Of a stretch of DNA of 42,082 nt, positions 17,170-26,366 are shown piece by piece. Where the stretch lies: the sequence record SRR2962707_5325; one strand, written 5' to 3'. The first letter of the stretch is position 1; every line of letters begins with the position of its first letter. Both the position numbers and the translations under genes were made by a program. The notes under the pieces are model-generated. The model did not search any database. It had not been told where the DNA came from and worked only from the letters and a program-made list of their open reading frames with translations.

Positions 17170-19779
17170 TCACTCTGTCCTCAGCGCATCCACCGGATTA
17201 CCGAAAGAAGCTCTCAGCGAGTGATAACTCACAGTTATCAAGGCCACCAACAATCCACCCAAAATGGCAAATCCATACATCCACCAGGTTATGGTGATAC
17301 GGTATTCATAGTTTTCCAACCAGCCATTCAGGAAATAGGAAGCCAGTGGTACCGCGAGGACAGACGCGACAATGACCAAAATCGAAAAGTCTTTTGAAAG
17401 GAGTTTCCAAAGTGAAGTCACTGAAGCACCCAACACTTTTCGAATACCTACCTCTTTGGTTCGTTGCTCTGTGACAAAAGCTGATAAGCCAAACAGGCCG
17501 AGGCAGCTGATCAAAATGGCCAGACTGCTAAAGAAAGTGGCCAGGCTTCCGATTTTTTCTTCTGATCTGAATTTGGTTGCATATTCATTGTCCACAAACT
17601 CAAAGTTGAAGGGATGTCCTTGCAACACCTCCTCAAATTTCTCCTGAATCATGGGTAGTGCTTCGACGTACCTGGCATCAGGTTTAATTCGAATAAAAAG
17701 AAATGAGTTTGCCCATTCTGTTGGGAAAAGCATCAACGGTTTTGGTTCATCGTACGGTGATCCTTTGATCATGTCTTTGACCACACCGATGATGGTGAAA
17801 TTATTTCGTCCATTAAATTCCCCTCTTGATTGTATTTGTGTGCCAATTGGATCAATCAAGCCCATTTTTTCCACCGCAGATTCACTGACAATGATATTGG
17901 AGGATTCATTTGAGAATTCCCGTGAAAAATCTCTTCCTGCCACCAACTCCCATTGAGTGGTTTTTCCGTATTCTGGTGTTACATAAATTGTGTTGAATGT
18001 AACACGCACACGCTCACCTGTTTCCTTGAGGCTAAATCCGTCATTATTCCCAAGTGTATTCATCAACGGGTAGTTGGCGGTTGCAACCTCCTCCACTACT
18101 CCGGTCTGTTTCAGTCTTTCTCTCAAAACATCATATTTCTTATAATACTCTACTGATCTGCCCCTTACTACAATGAGATCTTCCTGGTTGTAGCCAACCG
18201 GGCGGAGCTTGGCATGTTGTATCTGATTGTACACGGTGATGGTTCCGATCATCAACAGAATGGAAATGGTAAATTGAAAAATCACCAGTCCTTGTCGCAA
18301 TCGCACACTGGCGATCCCCTGTTTCAAAGTGCCACTCAAGGCCTTTAATGGTCGGAAAGAAGAGAGGAAAAATGCTGGATAGCTCCCAGCGACCAGGGCA
18401 GAAACCAATGAAAACAGAATGCCTGATAGCCACATCGTTCCACTTGTCCATGGGATACTCAGGGTTTTGTCAGATATACCGTTGAACCATGGCAGTATTA
18501 ACCATACCACCAGGATTGATAGAATAAATGAGGCAAATGCATACAATGTGGACTCAGCAAGAAACTGATATACAAGCTGAGATCGGCGGGAACCAACAGC
18601 TTTTCGGATGCCTACTTCTTTAGATCGGTTCTGATAACGAGCTGTATTCAAGTTGATAAAATTGATGAATGCAAGAAGCAGAACAAATGCACCTATGATG
18701 CCATAAAGTTTCACGAACTGCATTCTGCTACTTGTAACCTTACTGCCATTCTCGAAAGAAGAATTCAGGTGCCAGTCCTTCATTGGAAGAACGAAGAGTT
18801 CCATCTGCCTTTCTGTCCCTTCCAAATGTCCTTTCATCATATTACTTATGATAGTAGAAGCTTTAGATGGGTCTATTCCCTTTTTCAGTTGGGCATAAAC
18901 TCGTATGTCATAATTATCCCAGACATATGGATTCTGCTCATTGTAAATAAGCTCCAAAGAAGCTATATAGGAAGCATTGGCAAATGTGGAATTGCCAGGC
19001 ACATCTTTGTAGACCCCTGTCACTTTTAGGTCAGCCTGCAGATTCAGATTAACCAGCTCTCCGACTGGATTTTTATCTCCAAAAAACTTCTTTGCCAACG
19101 ATTCTGAAAGAAGGATTCCACTTCGATCATTCAGCCCACGTATGTCACCTGCCAGCATTTCTAATGTTAACATTTCAGGAGCATCCGGCTGAAAGAAATA
19201 CCCGATTTGATCAAATGACTGCTTACCAACGGTCAGCAGTTGAGCCCGGGATCTGAAAAAGGTCATAACCACTTTGTCAAATACCGTTTCGTACTGCTCT
19301 TTTAACGTAACGCCGATCATACCGGTCAGCGATGTATTTACACCAATACTGCCATCTGCATCGACATCCTTTCGGGAGACCTGTACTATTTGGTCATAAT
19401 TTTTATGATATTGATTGAAAGTGAGTTCATCGTGAATCCACAATCCAATAAGAATAGTAACAACCATGCCCATCGCTAGTCCGCCGATATTGATAGTTGA
19501 AAAAACCTTATTCTTCAGCAGTATGCGATAGCTGATTCGGAAGTTGTGTTTGATCATGGTCATGATAATCGAGTTTGATTTGAAATATTTGAAAGCGAAA
19601 GGCCTGAGATAGTTGAATACCTGATAATAGTAATTGAGTCGGGCTTTTCTTAAGGAGTGTTTCTGTAAGGTCTGATAGAACTTTTCATCCAGATCACCAA
19701 GTACTTCTTCTGCCAGGCTTTCTTTCAGGAAAAACAACAAAAGCCTTTCTGCCAGTCTCGGTGGCTGAGGATTTTTCAT
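17170..19779 (-). CDS. MacB/FtsX-type duplicated ABC permease with prefix domain (permease 5)
   Basis: 869 aa; PPRLA...EEVLGDLDEKF prefix; RSKEVGIRKAVG and EQRTKEVGIRKVLGA; ends NPVDALRTE. Confidence 0.93.
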   Translation of the reverse strand: MKNPQPPRLAERLLLFFLKESLAEEVLGDLDEKFYQTLQKHSLRKARLNYYYQVFNYLRPFAFKYFKSNSIIMTMIKHNFRISYRILLKNKVFSTINIGGLAMGMVVTILIGLWIHDELTFNQYHKNYDQIVQVSRKDVDADGSIGVNTSLTGMIGVTLKEQYETVFDKVVMTFFRSRAQLLTVGKQSFDQIGYFFQPDAPEMLTLEMLAGDIRGLNDRSGILLSESLAKKFFGDKNPVGELVNLNLQADLKVTGVYKDVPGNSTFANASYIASLELIYNEQNPYVWDNYDIRVYAQLKKGIDPSKASTIISNMMKGHLEGTERQMELFVLPMKDWHLNSSFENGSKVTSSRMQFVKLYGIIGAFVLLLAFINFINLNTARYQNRSKEVGIRKAVGSRRSQLVYQFLAESTLYAFASFILSILVVWLILPWFNGISDKTLSIPWTSGTMWLSGILFSLVSALVAGSYPAFFLSSFRPLKALSGTLKQGIASVRLRQGLVIFQFTISILLMIGTITVYNQIQHAKLRPVGYNQEDLIVVRGRSVEYYKKYDVLRERLKQTGVVEEVATANYPLMNTLGNNDGFSLKETGERVRVTFNTIYVTPEYGKTTQWELVAGRDFSREFSNESSNIIVSESAVEKMGLIDPIGTQIQSRGEFNGRNNFTIIGVVKDMIKGSPYDEPKPLMLFPTEWANSFLFIRIKPDARYVEALPMIQEKFEEVLQGHPFNFEFVDNEYATKFRSEEKIGSLATFFSSLAILISCLGLFGLSAFVTEQRTKEVGIRKVLGASVTSLWKLLSKDFSILVIVASVLAVPLASYFLNGWLENYEYRITITWWMYGFAILGGLLVALITVSYHSLRASFGNPVDALRTE

Positions 19780-20123
19780 CCTAAAACGAAATTGAGTTTA
19801 CCCTCAGCAAATGCTGGAAATTGATTCCATAGGGACATTTTTAACGCCCTGGAAGTCTCCAAAGCATGCTGTCCGGCGGCAGTGATCACATAGATTCGCT
19901 TCCTCCTCCCTCCTCGTTCCGAGGAAGCCCCTCCCATTTCTGAGGTGAGAAATCCTTTTTCCTCAATGCGATTCAATGTAGAATGAACTGCACCAATGGA
20001 GACCGGTCTCTTTGTCTGCGATTCAAATTCCTCTGCGATCCTAAATGCATAGGCGTTTTCTCCCAGTATGCCTACCAGCAATAAAATCGTTTCTTCGAAA
20101 TCACCCAGTTTACTTTCCTTCAT
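19776..20123 (-). CDS. PadR family transcriptional regulator (PadR-3)
   Basis: 115 aa; LGDFEE, TLNRIEEKG, ERGGRRKRIYVIT; ATGA overlap with permease 5. Confidence 0.93.
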   Translation of the reverse strand: MKESKLGDFEETILLLVGILGENAYAFRIAEEFESQTKRPVSIGAVHSTLNRIEEKGFLTSEMGGASSERGGRRKRIYVITAAGQHALETSRALKMSLWNQFPAFAEGKLNFVLG

Positions 20124-20130
20124 GGTGTTG

Positions 20131-20189
20131 TTACTAAATTGTAGAACAAATATACGTGCCCGTATCTAGTTTGTTCTACTTTTTAGTAA
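20131..20189 (-). promoter_or_regulatory. PadR-3 promoter with inverted 20-bp operator-like repeats
   Basis: TTACTAAATTGTAGAACAAA (20131-20150) and TTTGTTCTACTTTTTAGTAA (20170-20189) are 18/20 inverted copies; a perfect minus-strand -7 element TATATTTG (20154-20147) overlaps the proximal arm. Confidence 0.7.
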
Positions 20190-20241
20190 GAAATATCTAA
20201 AATCGCTTCTCAGGCTCATTAAACACACATTTTGTTTATTT

Positions 20242-20300
20242 TACTTACAAAAGTGAAACTTTAGTATCTTCGCCTCAGTATAATACTGACAATTGTGTAA
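20242..20300 (+). promoter_or_regulatory. Putative PadR-4 operator pair and promoter
   Basis: Imperfect direct repeats TACTTACAAAAGTGAAA (20242-20258) and TACTGACAATTGTGTAA (20284-20300); -7-like TATCTTCG (20265-20272); palindrome TCAGTATAATACTGA (20275-20289). Confidence 0.55.
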
Positions 20301-20303
20301 AAT

Positions 20304-20642
20304 ATGGAGAATATCAAGCTTGGCAACCTAGAAGAACTTGTGCTCTTACTCGTGGGCGTACTTTATAATGAAGCCTATTCTGTGAACATTGTGCTGGAAT
20401 ATGAGAAGCAAACAGGCAAAAAAATTAATGTAAGCGCGATTCACAATGTGCTCTATCGGCTTGAGGAAAAAGGGTTTCTCGAGTCCAGACTTAGTGAATC
20501 TACTTCGGAGCGAGGTGGGAAAAGGAAAAGATTATTTTACCTGACTCCCTATGCCAGTCGAGCACTGGATGAGCTCGCCACGCTGCGGGAACGGCTCAGG
20601 CACCAAATTCCACAGCAAGCTATCCATTTTACAAAAGGCTAA
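20304..20642 (+). CDS. PadR family transcriptional regulator (PadR-4)
   Basis: 112 aa; LGNLEE, VLYRLEEKG, ERGGKRKRLFYLT; TAATG overlap with permease 6. Confidence 0.93.
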   Translation: MENIKLGNLEELVLLLVGVLYNEAYSVNIVLEYEKQTGKKINVSAIHNVLYRLEEKGFLESRLSESTSERGGKRKRLFYLTPYASRALDELATLRERLRHQIPQQAIHFTKG

Positions 20643-23236
20643 TGAACTTCAAAACCACACCACCAAAACTAGCCCTTCGAATCTTTCGATGGTACTGCAG
20701 GTCTGACAGACAAGAAGAACTGGAAGGAGACCTGGAGGAATTCTTCTTTCTCAGGTTGGAAAATGGCTCTCCCCTATGGAAAGCACGGATGTTTTTCTGG
20801 TGGAATGTGATTCGCTGCTATCGGACGTACTCAAAAAAGCAAACTCAAAATAACTCGACTATGTATCCTCTTATTAAATCTTACTTTAAACTGGCGTTGC
20901 GGCACTCCTGGAAAAACAAATGGTCTGTATTGATCAATGTAGTTGGGCTTGGGATGGCCCTGAGCATGTGTGTATTTATGTATACAGTGTATGCTTACAA
21001 TTGGGAATTTGACAGCTACTACGGTAATACCGATGATATTTATCGGCTTCATTCAATGACCTTTGAAAACGGAAATGAGCTTAGAAACGAAATAAGTCCA
21101 CTGGCGCTGGATGATAAGCTTAGAAATGAATTCAGCGGAATCGAAAAAGTATCCAGTTATGTAGACTATTCCTTAAGCGTGAGAAAGGGAACCGACTTTT
21201 TTACAGAGCGAGTCGCTTTCGTTTCTGATGAATTTTTTGAGATGTTCAACATGCCTCTATGGTATGGGTCATTTAAAGATTTTGAAACTCAACCCCTGGC
21301 ATTTATAGCCAAAAAGACGGCTACCAAATATTTTGGTAACGATGTGGCCATCGATAGACAACTGACTCTTTATGTCGGTGATAATAAGATTGAAGTAATC
21401 GTTGCTGGGGTGTTTGAGCGAATCCCGGAAAATAACAGCTTTGATGGAGAGATTTACCTAAACTTCCAGCATTATGCGAATGTTCGTGAATTCGATAAAA
21501 ATGATTGGAACAATCGTCGTTACGTTTCGCACTTTTTCCAGGCGTCAAAAAATAACATTCAGTCAATAGAATCCAATCTTCAGGATTTTATTAAGCTTCA
21601 GAATGAAGGTCACCCGGAAATGAAAGTAAGCCGATTTGAAGTGGTTCCTTTCAGAAGTCCTGTCATTCAGGCCGATAAAATCAACAGGCGCTACACCAAC
21701 ACCCGTCTACGACCTGCCGTAAAGCTCATTTTTACCACACTCATTTCCATGATTTTTCTGATTGCTTGTTTCAATCTGGCCAACACTTCCATGGCGATGA
21801 TCAGTAAGCGGTTGAAGGAAATCGGTATCCGAAAAACGCTGGGTTCAGAAAGCAAGCAAATCTTCATACAATTTCTATTTGAAATGGGAATTATCTGCGC
21901 CATGGCATTTGTCATTGCGGTATCAACCTCCAATATGACTTCAAGAGCCATCCTCGGACTTTTTGGTGGAGATTTTATTCTTCAGGATACGGACATTACA
22001 GGCGTACTATTATTTGTCGCCGCTTTCTTATTGGTAACAACTTTGGTGGCTGGATTTCTGCCTGCACTTTACGCTTTAAGATTTCAACCTGTGGCGATTC
22101 TAAGACGTTCGGTTAAGCTGAAAGGCGTGAGCTGGCTCAACAAGACACTTACGATTGCCCAATTCGCATTCTCTATAGCTGTGTTGACAGTTGGGATTAC
22201 ATTTTCTCAAAACAAGGAATATCTGGATCAATTAAGCCTGGGCTATCAGAAAGATGGAATCTTCGTGCTCAGTTTAAAAAGTAATGAACATTACGCCGAG
22301 CTAAAACAGCGAGTAGATCAATTGCCAAATGTGGAGACGGCAGGGACGCGCAATCACATCAGCCAACATAGCTCTTCCAGTGTCATGACAATCGACACTA
22401 CTTCACAGGAAGTCAGAACAAATTCTGTGGGCAAAGGGTACCTCGCTCTGATGGGCATTGATGTGGTAACCGGTAGAGGTTTTCTCGAGTCCAGCGAAGC
22501 AGATATGGACAATTCCATTCTTGTCGATCAGGAGTTTGCCAAAAGATTTTATGACGGAGAAAATCCGGTCAATCAGGTGGTGAAACTCGGAGACGAGCGA
22601 AAAACCATTGTTGGGGTCACTGCCAATATCATCGATGATGTATATGAGGATGCCAGACCAGAACCTACCATTTACACCTTGGCCAAAGAGAATCACATGT
22701 TGAAGCTTATCGTAAAAGCAAATGAAACCGATTTGGAAGCTGTCAATGAAGAATTGAAAACCATCTGGACCGAGCTGATCGATTTGCCATACAGTGGACA
22801 GCTTCAAGAAGATCTTGCACTTGGCTCAGCTGTCAACGATACTGACAATCTCCAAAAAATCTTCCTGGTCATGGCTATGCTTGGCGGATTCTTGAGCCTT
22901 GTAGGCATCTTCTCTTTGGCCAAACTCAATGTAGCCAGAAGGTTAAAAGAAATCAGCATTCGCAAAGTACTTGGTGCACGCTTTGATCAACTCATGGTAG
23001 GAACGAACAGATCCTTCTTGTTGGTTGTCATCCTGTCCCTATTCCTGGGTACTGCCTTAGGCTATTTCACAACATCGACAGTTTTGGACATGATTTACAA
23101 ATATCATGTTGCAGTTTCGGTATGGACAACACTTATCTGTGGCTTCCTGATTATACTGTTTTCCATCTCCATGATCACCATGGCTGTGTTTGTTCCGGCC
23201 AAAGCCAACCCGGTTGTCGGACTAAGAGATGAATAA
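20642..23236 (+). CDS. MacB/FtsX-type duplicated ABC permease with prefix domain (permease 6)
   Basis: 864 aa; PPKLA...EELEGDLEEF prefix; NTSMAMISKRLKEIGIRKTLG; ends NPVVGLRDE. Confidence 0.93.
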   Translation: MNFKTTPPKLALRIFRWYCRSDRQEELEGDLEEFFFLRLENGSPLWKARMFFWWNVIRCYRTYSKKQTQNNSTMYPLIKSYFKLALRHSWKNKWSVLINVVGLGMALSMCVFMYTVYAYNWEFDSYYGNTDDIYRLHSMTFENGNELRNEISPLALDDKLRNEFSGIEKVSSYVDYSLSVRKGTDFFTERVAFVSDEFFEMFNMPLWYGSFKDFETQPLAFIAKKTATKYFGNDVAIDRQLTLYVGDNKIEVIVAGVFERIPENNSFDGEIYLNFQHYANVREFDKNDWNNRRYVSHFFQASKNNIQSIESNLQDFIKLQNEGHPEMKVSRFEVVPFRSPVIQADKINRRYTNTRLRPAVKLIFTTLISMIFLIACFNLANTSMAMISKRLKEIGIRKTLGSESKQIFIQFLFEMGIICAMAFVIAVSTSNMTSRAILGLFGGDFILQDTDITGVLLFVAAFLLVTTLVAGFLPALYALRFQPVAILRRSVKLKGVSWLNKTLTIAQFAFSIAVLTVGITFSQNKEYLDQLSLGYQKDGIFVLSLKSNEHYAELKQRVDQLPNVETAGTRNHISQHSSSSVMTIDTTSQEVRTNSVGKGYLALMGIDVVTGRGFLESSEADMDNSILVDQEFAKRFYDGENPVNQVVKLGDERKTIVGVTANIIDDVYEDARPEPTIYTLAKENHMLKLIVKANETDLEAVNEELKTIWTELIDLPYSGQLQEDLALGSAVNDTDNLQKIFLVMAMLGGFLSLVGIFSLAKLNVARRLKEISIRKVLGARFDQLMVGTNRSFLLVVILSLFLGTALGYFTTSTVLDMIYKYHVAVSVWTTLICGFLIILFSISMITMAVFVPAKANPVVGLRDE

Positions 23237-23247
23237 TTTTAAAATTG

Positions 23248-23281
23248 CGCATATTTTCGTAACAATCTGCGAAAATATGCG
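23248..23281. promoter_or_regulatory. Inverted repeat, probable toxin-antitoxin autoregulatory operator
   Basis: Perfect 12-bp arms CGCATATTTTCG (23248-23259) and CGAAAATATGCG (23270-23281), 10-bp spacer, directly before a -7-like TATAATTG (23282-23289). Confidence 0.7.
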
Positions 23282-23292
23282 TATAATTGTGT

Positions 23293-23682
23293 GTGGAAAA
23301 TAATATTCTAAATGATCCTGCAGCGAGATATCTGAAAGCCTCTCAAGGCATTTCAAAGTCAGATTTTCTAGCTATTGTAGCTGATACAGGCCTGACGCTC
23401 ACAGAATTTTCTTCATTATTGCCTGTTTCTAAAAGAACCATTGAAAAAGCAAAAGAAAATGATCTGCTTAGTCCTGCTGTCAGCGATCGAGTCCTTCAAA
23501 TTGCTTCGTTGTATGCCCATGGCACAACCATTTTGGGTTCAAGCAGCCATTTCAAAAATTGGCTAAATACCCCCCTCATTTCTCTTGGCAGTGAAAAGCC
23601 AATTCGTTTCATTGATAACGACACAGGCATCTCTATGATCAATGATATCCTTGGCAGGATCGAGCACGGCGTATATTCCTAA
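23293..23682 (+). CDS. Xre/MbcA/ParS-type antitoxin of an RES-Xre type II toxin-antitoxin system
   Basis: HTH region (LLPVSKRTIEK), LSPAVSDRV, C-terminal WLNTPLISLGSEKP...GRIEHGVYS; start uncertain (GTG 23293 or TTG 23287). Confidence 0.88.
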   Translation: MENNILNDPAARYLKASQGISKSDFLAIVADTGLTLTEFSSLLPVSKRTIEKAKENDLLSPAVSDRVLQIASLYAHGTTILGSSSHFKNWLNTPLISLGSEKPIRFIDNDTGISMINDILGRIEHGVYS

Positions 23683-24137
23683 TGATTTTATATCGAATTT
23701 CTTCTAAAGTTCACGCCCGGGACTTGTCAGGAAGTGGAGCCTTCCTTCATGGAGGTCGATGGAATGCCAAGGGTGTGCGCATGCTTTATACGTCTGAAAG
23801 TCTCTCACTGGCGATGCTGGAAGTCCTGGCCAACTTATCCGGAAATCAGCTTAATCAAATAAATCTGTACACTGTAGAACTTGATTTCCCGGATCACCTT
23901 GAGATTACCACACTCAAAAAATTACCCGAAAATTGGAACTCGTTTCCTTACACTTCCTCAAGCGTAAAAGAAGGAAACGATTTTATTGCGAAAGGTCAAC
24001 TGTGTCTCAAAGTCCCAAGCGCCATCATCCCAACAGAATACAACTTTCTACTCAACCCCCTGCACAAAGATTTCGGAGATGTAAGGTTTCTGGACGCCCG
24101 TCCACTAATCTTTGATCAGCGATTATTAAATAAATAA
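23682..24137 (+). CDS. RES-domain toxin (putative NAD+-consuming enzyme)
   Basis: YRIS, GGRWN, YTSESLSLAMLE, VPSAI and NFLLNP motifs; TAATG coupling to the antitoxin. Confidence 0.92.
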   Translation: MILYRISSKVHARDLSGSGAFLHGGRWNAKGVRMLYTSESLSLAMLEVLANLSGNQLNQINLYTVELDFPDHLEITTLKKLPENWNSFPYTSSSVKEGNDFIAKGQLCLKVPSAIIPTEYNFLLNPLHKDFGDVRFLDARPLIFDQRLLNK

Positions 24138-24159
24138 TGGTATTCATAACCTTCGTTTC

Positions 24160-24167
24160 TATTTTTG
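24160..24167 (+). promoter_or_regulatory. Bacteroidota housekeeping-sigma -7 promoter element for glnS
   Basis: TATTTTTG matches TAnnTTTG, 17 nt upstream of the ATG. Confidence 0.6.
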
Positions 24168-24184
24168 CAGCCTAATTTTTATCT

Positions 24185-25846
24185 ATGGACGAGGCTAAAA
24201 AATCATTGAATTTCATCGAGCAGATGATCGAAAAAGACCTGAAGGAAGGCAAGCACGAATCGATCGTGACGAGGTTTCCCCCGGAACCCAACGGCTACCT
24301 TCACATTGGTCATGCCAAGTCTATTTGTCTCAATTTTGGCTTGGCAAAGAAGTATGAAGGCACCTGTAACCTCCGCTTTGATGACACAAATCCTGAAAAA
24401 GAGGAAACGGAATACGTTGACTCGATCAAGTCCAACATCAAATGGCTTGGGTTTGACTGGGAAGATCGGGAGTTCTACGCTTCCGACTACTTTGATCAAC
24501 TGTATGAAATGGCCGTGAAACTCATCAACAAAGGAAAGGCCTATGTTGATGATCTTTCAGCGGAAGAATTCAACAAACTAAAGGGAACCCCGACAGAGCC
24601 GGGTAAACCAAGCCCGTACAGAGATCGGTCTGTAGAAGAAAACCTTGAGCTATTCGGAAGGATGAAGGCCGGTGAATTTGGAAACGGAGAGAAGGTACTA
24701 AGAGCAAAAATCGACCTGAGCTCTCCCAATATGCACATGCGTGACCCGATCCTTTATCGAATCAAACACATGGCACATCACAGAACTGGTGACACGTGGT
24801 GTATTTATCCGACCTATGACTTTGCTCACGGTCAGTCCGATTCAATTGAGAAGGTAACGCACTCTTTGTGCACCTTGGAATTTGAAGTACATCGCCCGCT
24901 GTACGAATGGCTGATCAATGAACTTGAGATTTATCCTTCCAAGCAAACTGAATTTGCCAGGCTTAACCTTGGATATACCATCGTTAGCAAACGAAACTTA
25001 AGAGAGCTGGTAGAACTCGGACATGTCAATGGCTGGGACGATCCGCGGATGCCTACTATCTCAGGAATCCGAAGACGTGGGTTCACTCCTGCTTCTATTC
25101 GTAAGTTTGCAGACACGATTGGTGTGGCAAGAAGAAACGGGATTACTGACATTGCTTTGCTTGAGCATGCCGTGCGGGAAGACCTCAATGCCAGCTCAAA
25201 CCGTGTATTCGGTATCATGAATCCACTTAAAGTGATCATTACCAACTGGCCTGAGGACAAAACCGAAACCCTGACTGCCGTGAATAATCCTGGTGATCCT
25301 TCGGCAGGAACAAGGGAGATGCCATTTACACGGGAGATTTATGTGGATCAGTCAGATTTTATGGAAGATCCACCAAGCCCGAAAAAATGGTACAGACTTG
25401 GCCCGGATAGGGAAGTCAGGTTGAAATTTGCATATATCATTAAGTGTACCGGCTACAAAAAAGCGGTTGATGGAACCATCGAAGAACTTTATGCGGAGTA
25501 TGATCCGGATACACGAAGCGGGCAAGACACGAGCGGAAAGAAAGTGAAAGGGACACTTGGATGGGTTTCAGTCCCTCATGCCGTCAAAGCAGAGATTCGA
25601 TTGTACGACCGACTTTTCAAAACGGAGAACCTCAATACCATTGATGACGACTTTAAAAATCATCTCAATCCGGACTCTTTGGAGGTAAATACAGAGGCGG
25701 TTTTAGAGCCCTCGTTAAGAAATGCTAACATAGGAGATCAGATGCAGTTCGAGCGAATTGGGTATTTTAGAGTTGACGAAGATTCTACCAGCGAAAACCT
25801 AATATTTAATCGAACTATTACGTTAAGAGATAACTGGGCAAAATAA
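24185..25846 (+). CDS. glnS: Glutamine--tRNA ligase
   Basis: TRFPPEPNGYLHIGHAKSICLNFG (HIGH), RFDDTNP, YPTYDFAH, WDDPRMPT, QFERIGYF; 553 aa. Confidence 0.97.
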   Translation: MDEAKKSLNFIEQMIEKDLKEGKHESIVTRFPPEPNGYLHIGHAKSICLNFGLAKKYEGTCNLRFDDTNPEKEETEYVDSIKSNIKWLGFDWEDREFYASDYFDQLYEMAVKLINKGKAYVDDLSAEEFNKLKGTPTEPGKPSPYRDRSVEENLELFGRMKAGEFGNGEKVLRAKIDLSSPNMHMRDPILYRIKHMAHHRTGDTWCIYPTYDFAHGQSDSIEKVTHSLCTLEFEVHRPLYEWLINELEIYPSKQTEFARLNLGYTIVSKRNLRELVELGHVNGWDDPRMPTISGIRRRGFTPASIRKFADTIGVARRNGITDIALLEHAVREDLNASSNRVFGIMNPLKVIITNWPEDKTETLTAVNNPGDPSAGTREMPFTREIYVDQSDFMEDPPSPKKWYRLGPDREVRLKFAYIIKCTGYKKAVDGTIEELYAEYDPDTRSGQDTSGKKVKGTLGWVSVPHAVKAEIRLYDRLFKTENLNTIDDDFKNHLNPDSLEVNTEAVLEPSLRNANIGDQMQFERIGYFRVDEDSTSENLIFNRTITLRDNWAK

Positions 25847-25848
25847 TT

Positions 25849-26364
25849 ATGATCCGAACAGCTGTATTACTTTTTGTGTTGTGTGCTGCTACTGTTTGTT
25901 TCGGTCAAGGTTTGACTGAAGTGCATGAGACCGACCATTACTCTATCAAATTTCCAAAGAACTGGACACTTTTTGAAGATGACGATTTAGGAGAAGCCAT
26001 TCACATGGTTGCACCCAAGTCAGGATTAGATGATACATTCACAGAGAATGTCAGTGTGATCATACAGGATCTTGCCGGCTACAACATCACCCTGGATGAT
26101 TATGTGAAACTGGCCGAAAAACAAATTACCGAAACTGTTGAAAACAGTAGCATCCTGAGCAGTCAGCGGTTTGTTGCAGGCAGCATTCAGTCTCATAAAA
26201 TCATCTACAAAGGGAAAATTCAGGGTATTGATCTGAAGCTGATACGCTACTATCAGATGAAAAATGAAAAGGCGTATATCCTGACCTACACTGCGCTAGA
26301 AAGTGATTTCGAAAAGCACAAACTATTTGGTCAGCAAATACTGAATAGCTTCCGGCTTAAATAA
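25849..26364 (+). CDS. Secreted PsbP/DcrB (Mog1/PsbP fold)-like protein A
   Basis: Signal peptide; YSIKFPKNW, FTENVSV, AYILTYTA and ILNSFRLK patterns. Confidence 0.7.
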   Translation: MIRTAVLLFVLCAATVCFGQGLTEVHETDHYSIKFPKNWTLFEDDDLGEAIHMVAPKSGLDDTFTENVSVIIQDLAGYNITLDDYVKLAEKQITETVENSSILSSQRFVAGSIQSHKIIYKGKIQGIDLKLIRYYQMKNEKAYILTYTALESDFEKHKLFGQQILNSFRLK

Positions 26365-26366
26365 TT

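Noticed and set aside
23229-23303. 24-codon ORF from the permease 6 terminal ATG across the toxin-antitoxin operator
   Set aside because: No coding features; the sequence is explained by the operator and promoter
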